Positions 15,092 through 23,015 of a DNA stretch of 28,001 nt are shown here, piece by piece. The first letter of the stretch is position 1, and every line of letters begins with the position of its first letter. A model generated the notes under the pieces. It saw only the letters and a program-made list of their open reading frames with translations, was not told the origin of the DNA and made no database searches. Source of the DNA: Archangium sp. (GTDB taxonomy: Bacteria > Myxococcota > Myxococcia > Myxococcales > Myxococcaceae); assembly GCA_031367385.1 (NCBI GenBank), contig JANLPS010000159.1, positions 1 to 28,001 of the forward strand. Direction: 5' to 3'. The translations under genes and the position numbers were made by a program.

Positions 15092-16212
15092 CGCGACGAC
15101 TGTGCCAGCCACCGGGTCACCACGGCGAGCTCGAGGTAGCCGTGAAAGGCGGCCAGGTGAAGGTACCCGAGCCGCGCCTCGCTCAGGTCGATCAACCCCC
15201 AGACGGCGATGCCCAGCCCGAGCGCGGAGATCAGCACCACAGCAGTCAGGCCGAGCTCGCTGATCAACGCTTGCGCGCTCGCACTGAAGCTTCGCGGTGC
15301 CACCCGCGGCCGATCATCTTCGGGGATCAACCGCAGCCAGATGACGTAGTGCACCGACTGCAAGAAGGCGAAAGCGAGCACGAGGCGCATGGCCATCGTG
15401 TCATTGGTCAGCGGAGTGGTCGTCTCGACGAATTCACGAAACGAGGTGCCGCTCCAGGCCGCGACCCAGCCGCGACAGAGGGTCACCACCGGGTCGGTCA
15501 GCCCACTGAGAATCGCCGCGACGCCGAGCAGCACCGCGGCTGGCACCCACCAGGCCCGGCGATCGGTTCGCGGCCGCCACAGCCACCAGATCAGCACCGC
15601 CACTGCGTTGTGCAGGTGCAGAAAGATCAGCTGAAAACCAATCTCGAAGCGCCAGGCCACCACGGTCAGGCAGAGCCAGACGCTGATCAACGCCGCCCGT
15701 CGAGGCGCACTCGCTCGTTTGACGCTGAAGATCATCGGCAGCATCGCCAGCAGGCCGAATGCCGGCCCGAACCCCAGCGAGGTCAACAGCAACGGAGCGG
15801 CTACCACCGCCAGCAACCCGCGTTTTCGGTGCAGGCCCGGGCGCACCACCAGGTAGCGCACATCGCTGAGCAGGTGCGGCACGCCCAACAGCACCGGGCT
15901 CAGCGCGAGGCTCCACAGCGGGGCCACGCTGGTCACCACCAACGAGAGCGCGACGCTCAGCACGCCCACCCAGGCGACCCGCCGGGCGCGGTCTCGAAAC
16001 AGTTCGGCCGCCCGAGGGCCAACCCACTCCAACAGATGCGAGCGAAGTGCGTCGAGCGGGCCGAAGAGCGCGACGACGGTTGCTCGCTGCGAGAGGCCCA
16101 CGGCCCCCTGGGCTCTCGGCTGTAGCACCCTGTTCGCCTGCACAGCGCCGCACTCTCGCACCCCACGCCCAATGAGGGGAAACATGCGCACGCTTCTCAA
16201 AACATCGCGCAT
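15088..16212 (-). CDS. Multi-pass membrane protein with His motifs (start uncertain)
   Basis: Many hydrophobic helices; LGVPHLLSD, LHLHN, LQSVHY, IPEDDR, HLAAFHGYLE. The true start is probably downstream of 16212. Confidence 0.75.
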   Translation of the reverse strand: MRDVLRSVRMFPLIGRGVRECGAVQANRVLQPRAQGAVGLSQRATVVALFGPLDALRSHLLEWVGPRAAELFRDRARRVAWVGVLSVALSLVVTSVAPLWSLALSPVLLGVPHLLSDVRYLVVRPGLHRKRGLLAVVAAPLLLTSLGFGPAFGLLAMLPMIFSVKRASAPRRAALISVWLCLTVVAWRFEIGFQLIFLHLHNAVAVLIWWLWRPRTDRRAWWVPAAVLLGVAAILSGLTDPVVTLCRGWVAAWSGTSFREFVETTTPLTNDTMAMRLVLAFAFLQSVHYVIWLRLIPEDDRPRVAPRSFSASAQALISELGLTAVVLISALGLGIAVWGLIDLSEARLGYLHLAAFHGYLELAVVTRWLAQSSR

Positions 16213-16238
16213 TGGCTTTGCCCGGGTAGAGTGCGTTC

Positions 16239-17570
16239 GTGCCTGACGGCGGTCGGTCTCCAGTTCATCGAATCATCTCGACGTTTCAGCACGCGCTCGA
16301 GACCCTGGGCCTGGGCGTGCCTCCGCTCTTCATCGAACGCTGGGGCGTCGCGGTGCATCAGGCGCTTTCATCTCGCGCGCGCGAATTTCACACCCATCAG
16401 CACGTGCTCGAGCTCGTCGCCAACGCCGACCCGCTCGAGACCATCGCCGCGCTCTACCACGACACCGTGTACGTGCAGGTCGACCTCGATGTGCCGCAGC
16501 ACTTCGCCGAGCTGCTCGCGCCGCTGATTCACAAAGAAGACAAGGGGTGGCGAATTCTGCCCCTCTGCGGCACCGACCCCACGGCCCGCGATGTGCTCGC
16601 CGTCTTCGGCCACTCGGTGGGGTTGGTGCTCACGCCCTTCACTGGCTTGAATGAGCTGGCCAGCGCCCTGGTCGCCGCCCGAGAGCTCGAGGGCGTGCTC
16701 ACCCGCTCGCAGTTGCTCGCCATCGCGACCTGCATCGAGGCGACGATACCCTTTCGAAATCACGAGGGTGACGGGTTGAAGGCCAGGCTCTTGTCGCTCG
16801 GCGTGCCCGAAGACGAGATCGAGCTGATGGTGCGCCGCGCGGTTCGGCTGTCGAACAATGACGTGGGCAACTTCGCTGAAGAAGACCCGGCCCGCTTTCT
16901 CGACAACACGTGGAAGCTGCTGCCCGAGACCAACCCGACGCTGCTGATGCCGACGACCTACGGCGTGCACGACTATCGGGTCGCCCTGATGAAGATGGAG
17001 GCCTTTCTGGCCAGCCTCTCGGCCGAGCGCGTCTTTCATGCCTGGCACGGAGAGCCCGCCCCAGAAGTGCACGCCCGCAGGGTCGAGTTCGCCCGCAAGA
17101 ACCTCGACTACGCGGTGCGCTACCTGCAGGCCAAGCTCTACTCGACCAGCATCATCGAGGCCCTCGCCATCGAGAGCGGCGGCGACGCGCCGATTGATTT
17201 TTTCATGGGCGGCATCCCTGAGGTCGGTGGGCCTCCGATGCGGCGCATCGAGCACTTTCTGCCGACGTTGCCGATCGCGCCGGGGCTCGACCCGGTGCTG
17301 CGACGGCTGCTCGAAGGGGGCCGCGGCGCGATCTCGAGCTTCGATACCTCGCCTTCTCCGCTGGCGGCGTTCTTGTATTGCGCGCTCGGCGCCGAGGGCA
17401 CCGAAGCCGGGTTCGATGACTCGAAGCGCTGGTGGCAGGGCAAGACCACCGCCACCCAGTATTTGAGAGCACAGCCCGCGCTGACGACCCGGGCCATCGC
17501 CATCGCCGCGGTTGAGATCGCGACCACGCGCCACGACACCCTGCTGACGCTGGCCAAGTCGTTCGTCTAG
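16239..17570 (+). CDS. Hypothetical protein, HD-superfamily-like metal-dependent phosphohydrolase
   Basis: REFHTHQH, ALYHDTVY, NELAS, IEATIPF and NNDV resemble the H...HD...D arrangement. High GC3. Confidence 0.65.
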   Translation: MPDGGRSPVHRIISTFQHALETLGLGVPPLFIERWGVAVHQALSSRAREFHTHQHVLELVANADPLETIAALYHDTVYVQVDLDVPQHFAELLAPLIHKEDKGWRILPLCGTDPTARDVLAVFGHSVGLVLTPFTGLNELASALVAARELEGVLTRSQLLAIATCIEATIPFRNHEGDGLKARLLSLGVPEDEIELMVRRAVRLSNNDVGNFAEEDPARFLDNTWKLLPETNPTLLMPTTYGVHDYRVALMKMEAFLASLSAERVFHAWHGEPAPEVHARRVEFARKNLDYAVRYLQAKLYSTSIIEALAIESGGDAPIDFFMGGIPEVGGPPMRRIEHFLPTLPIAPGLDPVLRRLLEGGRGAISSFDTSPSPLAAFLYCALGAEGTEAGFDDSKRWWQGKTTATQYLRAQPALTTRAIAIAAVEIATTRHDTLLTLAKSFV

Positions 17571-17641
17571 CCGCCGTAGAAATCGCCTCGGCTGAAAATA
17601 CGCAGATCACTTTGTGGTGATGCGGCAACGAATGCTGCGTG

Positions 17642-18337
17642 ATGAAACCACTGCTCTGGTCGTGTTGCCTTGGTGTCGTGCTCCTCGCGCTGCCCGCCGA
17701 CGCGAACTGCGGGCTTGGCCGCGGTGCCCCATGCCCCTCCGTGGTGGTGGTCGCGGAGTACCCGTCGCCTCCGCCAATGGTGGTCGCCCAGCCGCTGGTC
17801 TTCGTGCGGCCTGAGCCAGTGCGACCGCGGTATGTCTACGTCGCGCCGACCCCCGCGCCAGTGACGGTCATGACCCGGGCGGCTCCACCGGTGGTGGTCG
17901 AGGGCCCGTCACACTTGGCGATCAAATATTTGCCGGGGTTGAGCACGTCGGTGGTGCTCAATGACGTGCTCGCGGTCGGCCGGCCGAGCCTGGCGCACAG
18001 CCTGGGGCTCGAGTTTCGGTTCACCCACTGGTTCGCGTTGCGGAGTGACTTTGAAATGCGTGCCGCCAGCCGCAGCTGGGACGTGGCGGGCCTCAAGTTC
18101 TCGCTGCCCATTCCAGTAATCTCGCCGTACGTCTCAGCCAGTGTGTCGGCGAGCGAAGCGTACCGCGAGCCTGGGCGCTATCAGCTCGGCGCTGTCGCGG
18201 CGGCCGGGCTCGACCTGAAATTCGGCCGTCACTTTTTCATCGAAGCCGAAGCGCGGTACCGGGTGGCGCCAGGGGCTTGCTGCCGTGAAGAGCCGCAAGT
18301 CAGCGCGCTCATCGGCGCCGGAGTCGCCTTCTTCTAG
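17642..18337 (+). CDS. Outer-membrane beta-barrel protein with Pro-rich N-terminal region
   Basis: Signal peptide ending ADA; alternating beta-strands (LGLEFRF, SPYVSASV, AGLDLKF, FFIEAEARY); C-terminal Phe (GAGVAFF). Confidence 0.75.
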   Translation: MKPLLWSCCLGVVLLALPADANCGLGRGAPCPSVVVVAEYPSPPPMVVAQPLVFVRPEPVRPRYVYVAPTPAPVTVMTRAAPPVVVEGPSHLAIKYLPGLSTSVVLNDVLAVGRPSLAHSLGLEFRFTHWFALRSDFEMRAASRSWDVAGLKFSLPIPVISPYVSASVSASEAYREPGRYQLGAVAAAGLDLKFGRHFFIEAEARYRVAPGACCREEPQVSALIGAGVAFF

Positions 18338-18355
18338 CCCAAGTCGCGCTGAGTA

Positions 18356-18384
18356 CCCCGCTCGTCCTGAGGCACTCGAAGGAC
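18356..18384. repeat. Single REP-like imperfect palindrome between convergent genes
   Basis: CCCCGCTCGTCCTGAGGCACTCGAAGGAC: GTCCT/AGGAC and GAG/CTC pair with a GA bulge. Resembles, from memory, the CCG(T/C)TCGTCCTGAGC..GTCGAAGG family of intergenic repeats. Only one copy in the window. Confidence 0.4.
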
Positions 18385-18432
18385 CCGACTGATCAGAGTC
18401 ACCCAAACACTTCAATCAACCGCTCGCCCCAA

Positions 18433-19284
18433 TTACTTCGCTGCTGCCGCGCCACGCATGTCGAACAGCTGCTTTTTCTCCCGGTCGGTTGCGACGCGAA
18501 TGCCAACCAACTCCGCGTGCAGCAGCCGGCCAGCACCCCAATCTTCCATGCCGCCGCCGAACTCGACGTTCTCTTCTTCACCTTTGATCGACACCTTCTC
18601 GACCTTCTTCAGCTTCTTATCGATCTCAGCTTTCCCCGCGGTGAACACCACCCGGGCGCTCAGCGCGATTCGATTCTCGTTCTCGAATGCCTTGGCCTCG
18701 ACCATCGACTTCATCGGCAGCGTGAACACCACCGGAGGCGCGAGCCAGTACGACGGGGCGAGCTCGCCGGCTTCGCCGTGCGTCGCTGGCTTCGCATCGG
18801 CCCATGCAATGGCGATGCGGCCCTTCGCGTCGGTGCAGTCGATGCTGCCCGGCACCTCGATCGCGAAAGCGCCCTTCGCCGCGTCGTACGGCTTGAGCAT
18901 CACCCCAGACCCGACACGAACCTTCACGATGAACTGTTTGCCCTTCATCGCCTCGACCAAGGCCTTGCGGTTGGCCTCGTTGGCCTTCTTCTCATCTGCG
19001 TTCGCGCCCGGCGCTTCGGCTGCGAAGAGCGCCCACAACCCCTCGGGGCACTCGCCATCGGGAGTGACGCGAACCGACCCGTCGTCACTGTACGGCGCGT
19101 CGACCTTCACCCCATCGACCGGAGCGAGCGGTACCAGCTTGTCCTCCCGCTTCGCCGCGGCTTCAGCGGCCTTCTTTTTCTGAAGCTCGGCCAGCTGGTC
19201 GAGGGCTCGCTGGCCAGCGCGATCGCGTGACTCGCACGCGAGCAGGGCCGTGACAGCAACGACGATGAGACCGTAGCGAATCAT
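18433..19284 (-). CDS. Putative lipoprotein, function unknown
   Basis: SD GAGGGG, MIRYGLIVVAVTALLAC lipobox from ATG 19284, Lys/Glu/Ala-rich body. Follows the large Cys-rich gene at 23 nt. Confidence 0.8.
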   Translation of the reverse strand: MIRYGLIVVAVTALLACESRDRAGQRALDQLAELQKKKAAEAAAKREDKLVPLAPVDGVKVDAPYSDDGSVRVTPDGECPEGLWALFAAEAPGANADEKKANEANRKALVEAMKGKQFIVKVRVGSGVMLKPYDAAKGAFAIEVPGSIDCTDAKGRIAIAWADAKPATHGEAGELAPSYWLAPPVVFTLPMKSMVEAKAFENENRIALSARVVFTAGKAEIDKKLKKVEKVSIKGEEENVEFGGGMEDWGAGRLLHAELVGIRVATDREKKQLFDMRGAAAAK

Positions 19285-19307
19285 ACGCAGCCCCCTCACA
19301 TTCGTGA

Positions 19308-21923
19308 TCACAGCTTCTGGTCTTCGATGTACTGGCCGTCAGGGCCGCCGTTCGCAGCCCCGTTTCCACCTGCGCCGCCGACGCCACGCGTACCAGAACG
19401 GAAGGAGATCTGGGTCGTGTTGACCACGCAGCTGCTGTCGTGCAGGTACCCAAACGCGTACCCGCCGGTGCCGCCAGCGCCATTGCCACCCGAGCCACCC
19501 GCGCCACCGTTGCCGCCCGAACCGCCGATGCTCGCGGTGAAGTCGTTGACCGAGGTGTACTGCGAGCCCCCACCCACGCCACCCGCGCTGCCGGTGCCTG
19601 CCTGGCCGCCGGTGCCACCGTTGCCCGCGACGCCCGGCCGCAGCGTGATGCTCGAGACCTGTGCGGTCGAGTGCCACATGAACAACCCGATTGAGCTGCC
19701 GCCGGCGCCGCCTGCTGCACCGCCGCCACCACCGCAGCCGCCGGCGCCACCGCCACCGCCGGAGCTGCCGAAGGCCGAGCAGCACTTGAAGCCGCTCAAG
19801 ACGTACAGACAGCCACCACCGCCGCCACCCCCACCACCACCGGCCGTGCCGGGGCCGCCGGAGTCGCCTGCGCCGCCGATCGGCGCCCAGTAGCCTGACG
19901 CAGTCAAGCCGCCGATTGAGCCGCTCCGGGTGCCGTTGCCACCCGCGCCGCCAGGCGTGCCGTCACTGCCGCGGGCATTGCCGGCCGGCACTGACGGGTT
20001 GTTGGGCTCGGGGTTCTGACCCGCGCCACCAGCGGTGTTGACCACCCCGATGCCGCCGGTCAGCCCGGAGCCGTTGTCATCAAAGCCGGGCACGCCACCC
20101 AGACCACCGGTGCGACCACAGGCGCTCACGCCAGCCGCGCCGAGCACCGGCTGACCGGGGTGCGAATGGGTGCACAGGTCTGAGCTCGAATCGACAATCG
20201 CTGGGCCACCCGGCGAGCCATTCGCCGCCGCGCCCGTCGGAGCCGCCGAAACACCTGCCGCACCCACCGCGCCCGCCGCACCCTTGCCGGCCTGCAGCGT
20301 GACGACCTGCAACCCCGCGCCAGTGGTGTTCACGATCGACGCGCCGTACGACGACTTGCCGTTGCCGTTGCTCTCATACCCAACCGCATCATCAGCGCGA
20401 AACGAGATGTACTGCACCACCGTGCCGTTCGACCCGTTCATCACCAACGCAGGGTTGCCGCCGAGCACCGAGGTGCCGTTGTTCGCAGCGCGTGACCAAC
20501 GAGGCGACGCCACCTTGTACCCACCCGCGATCATCTTGCCGGTGACGTTGGTCAAGTCGACCGGGCCAGCGTAGGGCCCGATGCCCGCCGCCACGTAGAC
20601 GTTGGGCTTGTTGCTCGACACTGCCAGCTGCACGCCCTTCTGAATGGTGAGCACCGGCGAGTCCATCGTGCCGGCCTGCGTGTCATCACCGGTGTCAGAG
20701 ACGAACACGCCGGTCGCGATTTCACCGTCAAACCCATCGCAGTTGGCGTCGACGAAGTTCACGTCAGGCACGTCGGTCGGTACGCCGCCATCGGCGAGGT
20801 AGCGAATCGTGCAGGCGTACTCGCAGCCATCGCTCGGGTCTCCGTTCAAGTCGACCATGCCGGGCGCGCACTTGAACTCGCATTTGCTCGCCACGCAGGT
20901 GCCGGTCGAGCCAGGCGCGCTGCAGCTCTTGCCGCACGCACCGCAGTTCGCCGAGTCGCCTCGGGTGTCGACCTCGCACCCGTCAGCTTCGATGTTGTTG
21001 CAGTTCGCAAAGCCCGTATCGCACGTCTTCACATTACAGCTGCCGCTCACGCACTTGTTGGTCGCGTTGGCGAGGGCGCAGAGGTTGCCGCACTTGCCGC
21101 AGTTCATCACGTCGCTCTGCAAGCTCTGACCGTTGTCGACCACGCCGTCACAGTCGTCATCGACGCCGTTGCACGTCTCCACCGAGGGCGGCAGGGGCGT
21201 GCAGGTCGTCACGCCACCATCGATGCAGGAGTCGACCGTATTCTTACAAGCGCCCGTACCGCAGGTCAGCGGCACCACGTTCTCGTCGATTTTGCCGTCG
21301 CAGTCGTCATCGATGCCGTTGCAGATCTCAGGCTCGGGCACCTTTGCGGTGCAGGTGTTGAAGCCGCTCACGCCATCGCAGGTTCGAAAGCCCGAGCAGG
21401 TGCCGCTCGAGTTGGCCGAGGTACACGACACCATCTGCCCGGCCGTGCTCGACGTGCAGGTGCAGCTGCCCGAAGCGGGCGTGCACTGCTGCGCCTTCGC
21501 CTTGCCATCGGTGCCCACGCCCTGAAGGCAGCGGTACGAGGTCGGGCAGTTCTGGTTGAACGCGCAGTCGCGGCCGCACAGGCCCTTGCCGTCGATGACG
21601 AGGCACTTGTCGGCCGGGTAGGGGCAATCAGAATCGAGCGTGCACGAGCCGCACAGCCCGCCGCGGTCTTTGACGCATGAGAAACGACCAAGCGTCAGCT
21701 GCTCGCAGATTTCATTCGCCTCGCAGCCGCCGGTGCACTTGCGCACGCACGAGGTGGCGGTGCCCGGCGCGCCTTCGCACAACCCGGTCTTGCACTCGTC
21801 GTCTCGCAGGCAGGCGTCACCCTCGCTCTTCAGCGTTGGAGTCGCCGGCTTGGGCGTGCCGCAGGCGATCGCCAGAAAGAGAATGCTGCCAACGACGCTG
21901 AAACGAAGTGAAAGAGAGTGCAC
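19308..21923 (-). CDS. Large surface lipoprotein: Cys-rich repeats, two MopE-like E-x-CNG-x-DDDCDG motifs, DUF1565-like segment and Gly-rich (PE-PGRS-like) C-terminus
   Basis: GTG 21923 behind AGGAG; lipobox LAIAC; EICNGIDDDCDG, ETCNGVDDDCDG, NCGxCGxxC repeats, DANCDGFDG, VFVSDTGDD..GT..SP..TI..G; long GGxG tracts. Confidence 0.85.
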   Translation of the reverse strand: MHSLSLRFSVVGSILFLAIACGTPKPATPTLKSEGDACLRDDECKTGLCEGAPGTATSCVRKCTGGCEANEICEQLTLGRFSCVKDRGGLCGSCTLDSDCPYPADKCLVIDGKGLCGRDCAFNQNCPTSYRCLQGVGTDGKAKAQQCTPASGSCTCTSSTAGQMVSCTSANSSGTCSGFRTCDGVSGFNTCTAKVPEPEICNGIDDDCDGKIDENVVPLTCGTGACKNTVDSCIDGGVTTCTPLPPSVETCNGVDDDCDGVVDNGQSLQSDVMNCGKCGNLCALANATNKCVSGSCNVKTCDTGFANCNNIEADGCEVDTRGDSANCGACGKSCSAPGSTGTCVASKCEFKCAPGMVDLNGDPSDGCEYACTIRYLADGGVPTDVPDVNFVDANCDGFDGEIATGVFVSDTGDDTQAGTMDSPVLTIQKGVQLAVSSNKPNVYVAAGIGPYAGPVDLTNVTGKMIAGGYKVASPRWSRAANNGTSVLGGNPALVMNGSNGTVVQYISFRADDAVGYESNGNGKSSYGASIVNTTGAGLQVVTLQAGKGAAGAVGAAGVSAAPTGAAANGSPGGPAIVDSSSDLCTHSHPGQPVLGAAGVSACGRTGGLGGVPGFDDNGSGLTGGIGVVNTAGGAGQNPEPNNPSVPAGNARGSDGTPGGAGGNGTRSGSIGGLTASGYWAPIGGAGDSGGPGTAGGGGGGGGGGCLYVLSGFKCCSAFGSSGGGGGAGGCGGGGGAAGGAGGSSIGLFMWHSTAQVSSITLRPGVAGNGGTGGQAGTGSAGGVGGGSQYTSVNDFTASIGGSGGNGGAGGSGGNGAGGTGGYAFGYLHDSSCVVNTTQISFRSGTRGVGGAGGNGAANGGPDGQYIEDQKL

Positions 21924-22007
21924 GAGTGCTCCTGTGAAGTGGAGTTGTCGTACATTCTCCTTCATCGTTGCGCTATGGCTTCAACACTCTGATTTTACTT
22001 GTCTATT

Positions 22008-23015
22008 TCAGAATGCGACGTCGAACGAAACATCGCCGGTGATTCCCATTTGGTAAGCCGAAACGCGCCGTTCGAAGAAATTCGCCAGCTCCTGAACGTC
22101 CTGCAGGTCCATGAAGGTGAAGGGGTTCTTCGAGTGGTACTGCTTGGGCATGCCGAGCATCAAGAAGCGCTGATCGGCCACGAACTCGAGGTACTGGCGC
22201 ATCTCTTTGGGCGACAACCCCGCCACGCCGCCTGAGAGCACGTCTTCGGCGAACTGCACCTCGCAGGTGATGGCTTCGTCCATCATCGCGATGACCTGCA
22301 ACTGCAAGTCGGCATCGAAGAGATCAGGCTCCTCGACCCGCACTTGATCAACCACCTTGAACGCGAACGCCATGTGCGCGCTCTCATCGCGAAAGACCCA
22401 GTTCGTGCCGCCGGCCAAGCCGTGCAACAACCCGCGGCTGCGCAAAAAGTAGACGTAGGCAAAAGCGGCGAAGAAGAAGAGCCCTTCGATGCAGGCCGCG
22501 AAGCAGATCAAGTTCAGCAAAAACTGCTTGCGCTGGGCCTTGGTCTCCAAACGCTCGAGGCTGTGAATCGAGTCGATCCACTTGAAGCAGAACTCCGCCT
22601 TGCGCCGAATCGACGGAATGGTGTCGACCGCGGCGAACGCTTTGGCGCGCTCTTCAGGGTCGGGCATGTAGGTGTCGAGCAACGTGAGGTAAAACTGCAC
22701 GTGCAGCGCCTCTTCGTAGAGCTGCCGCGAGAGGTACATGCGGGCTTCAGGCACGTTGATGTGCTTGTAGAGGTTGAGCACCAGGTTGTTCGAGACGATT
22801 GAATCGCCGGTCGCGAAGAAGGCCACCAACCGCTGAATCAAGTGCCGGTCGGCGACAGTCATCTTCAGATTCAAGTCGGCGACGTCCATCGAGAAGTCGA
22901 CTTCTTCGACCGTCCACGTGTTCTTGATGGCCGACTTGTACATCTCGAAAAACACCGGGTACTTCATGGGCCGCAACGTCAGCGACATGCCCGGGTCGAG
23001 CAGCTTCGGGCTCAT
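22008..23015 (-). CDS. nrdB: Ribonucleoside-diphosphate reductase class Ia beta subunit
   Basis: WTVEEVD, FFATGD, EEALHVQFY (ligands plus radical Tyr), IEGLFF, RDESAH, NFFERRV..Y. ATG 23015 overlaps the nrdA stop (ATGA). Confidence 0.96.
   Translation of the reverse strand: MSPKLLDPGMSLTLRPMKYPVFFEMYKSAIKNTWTVEEVDFSMDVADLNLKMTVADRHLIQRLVAFFATGDSIVSNNLVLNLYKHINVPEARMYLSRQLYEEALHVQFYLTLLDTYMPDPEERAKAFAAVDTIPSIRRKAEFCFKWIDSIHSLERLETKAQRKQFLLNLICFAACIEGLFFFAAFAYVYFLRSRGLLHGLAGGTNWVFRDESAHMAFAFKVVDQVRVEEPDLFDADLQLQVIAMMDEAITCEVQFAEDVLSGGVAGLSPKEMRQYLEFVADQRFLMLGMPKQYHSKNPFTFMDLQDVQELANFFERRVSAYQMGITGDVSFDVAF

Noticed and set aside
22008..23015. Class Ic or metal-free class Ie beta subunit
   Set aside because: The Asp first ligand, the Glu/His ligands and the radical Tyr four residues after the first His are all present, consistent with class Ia.
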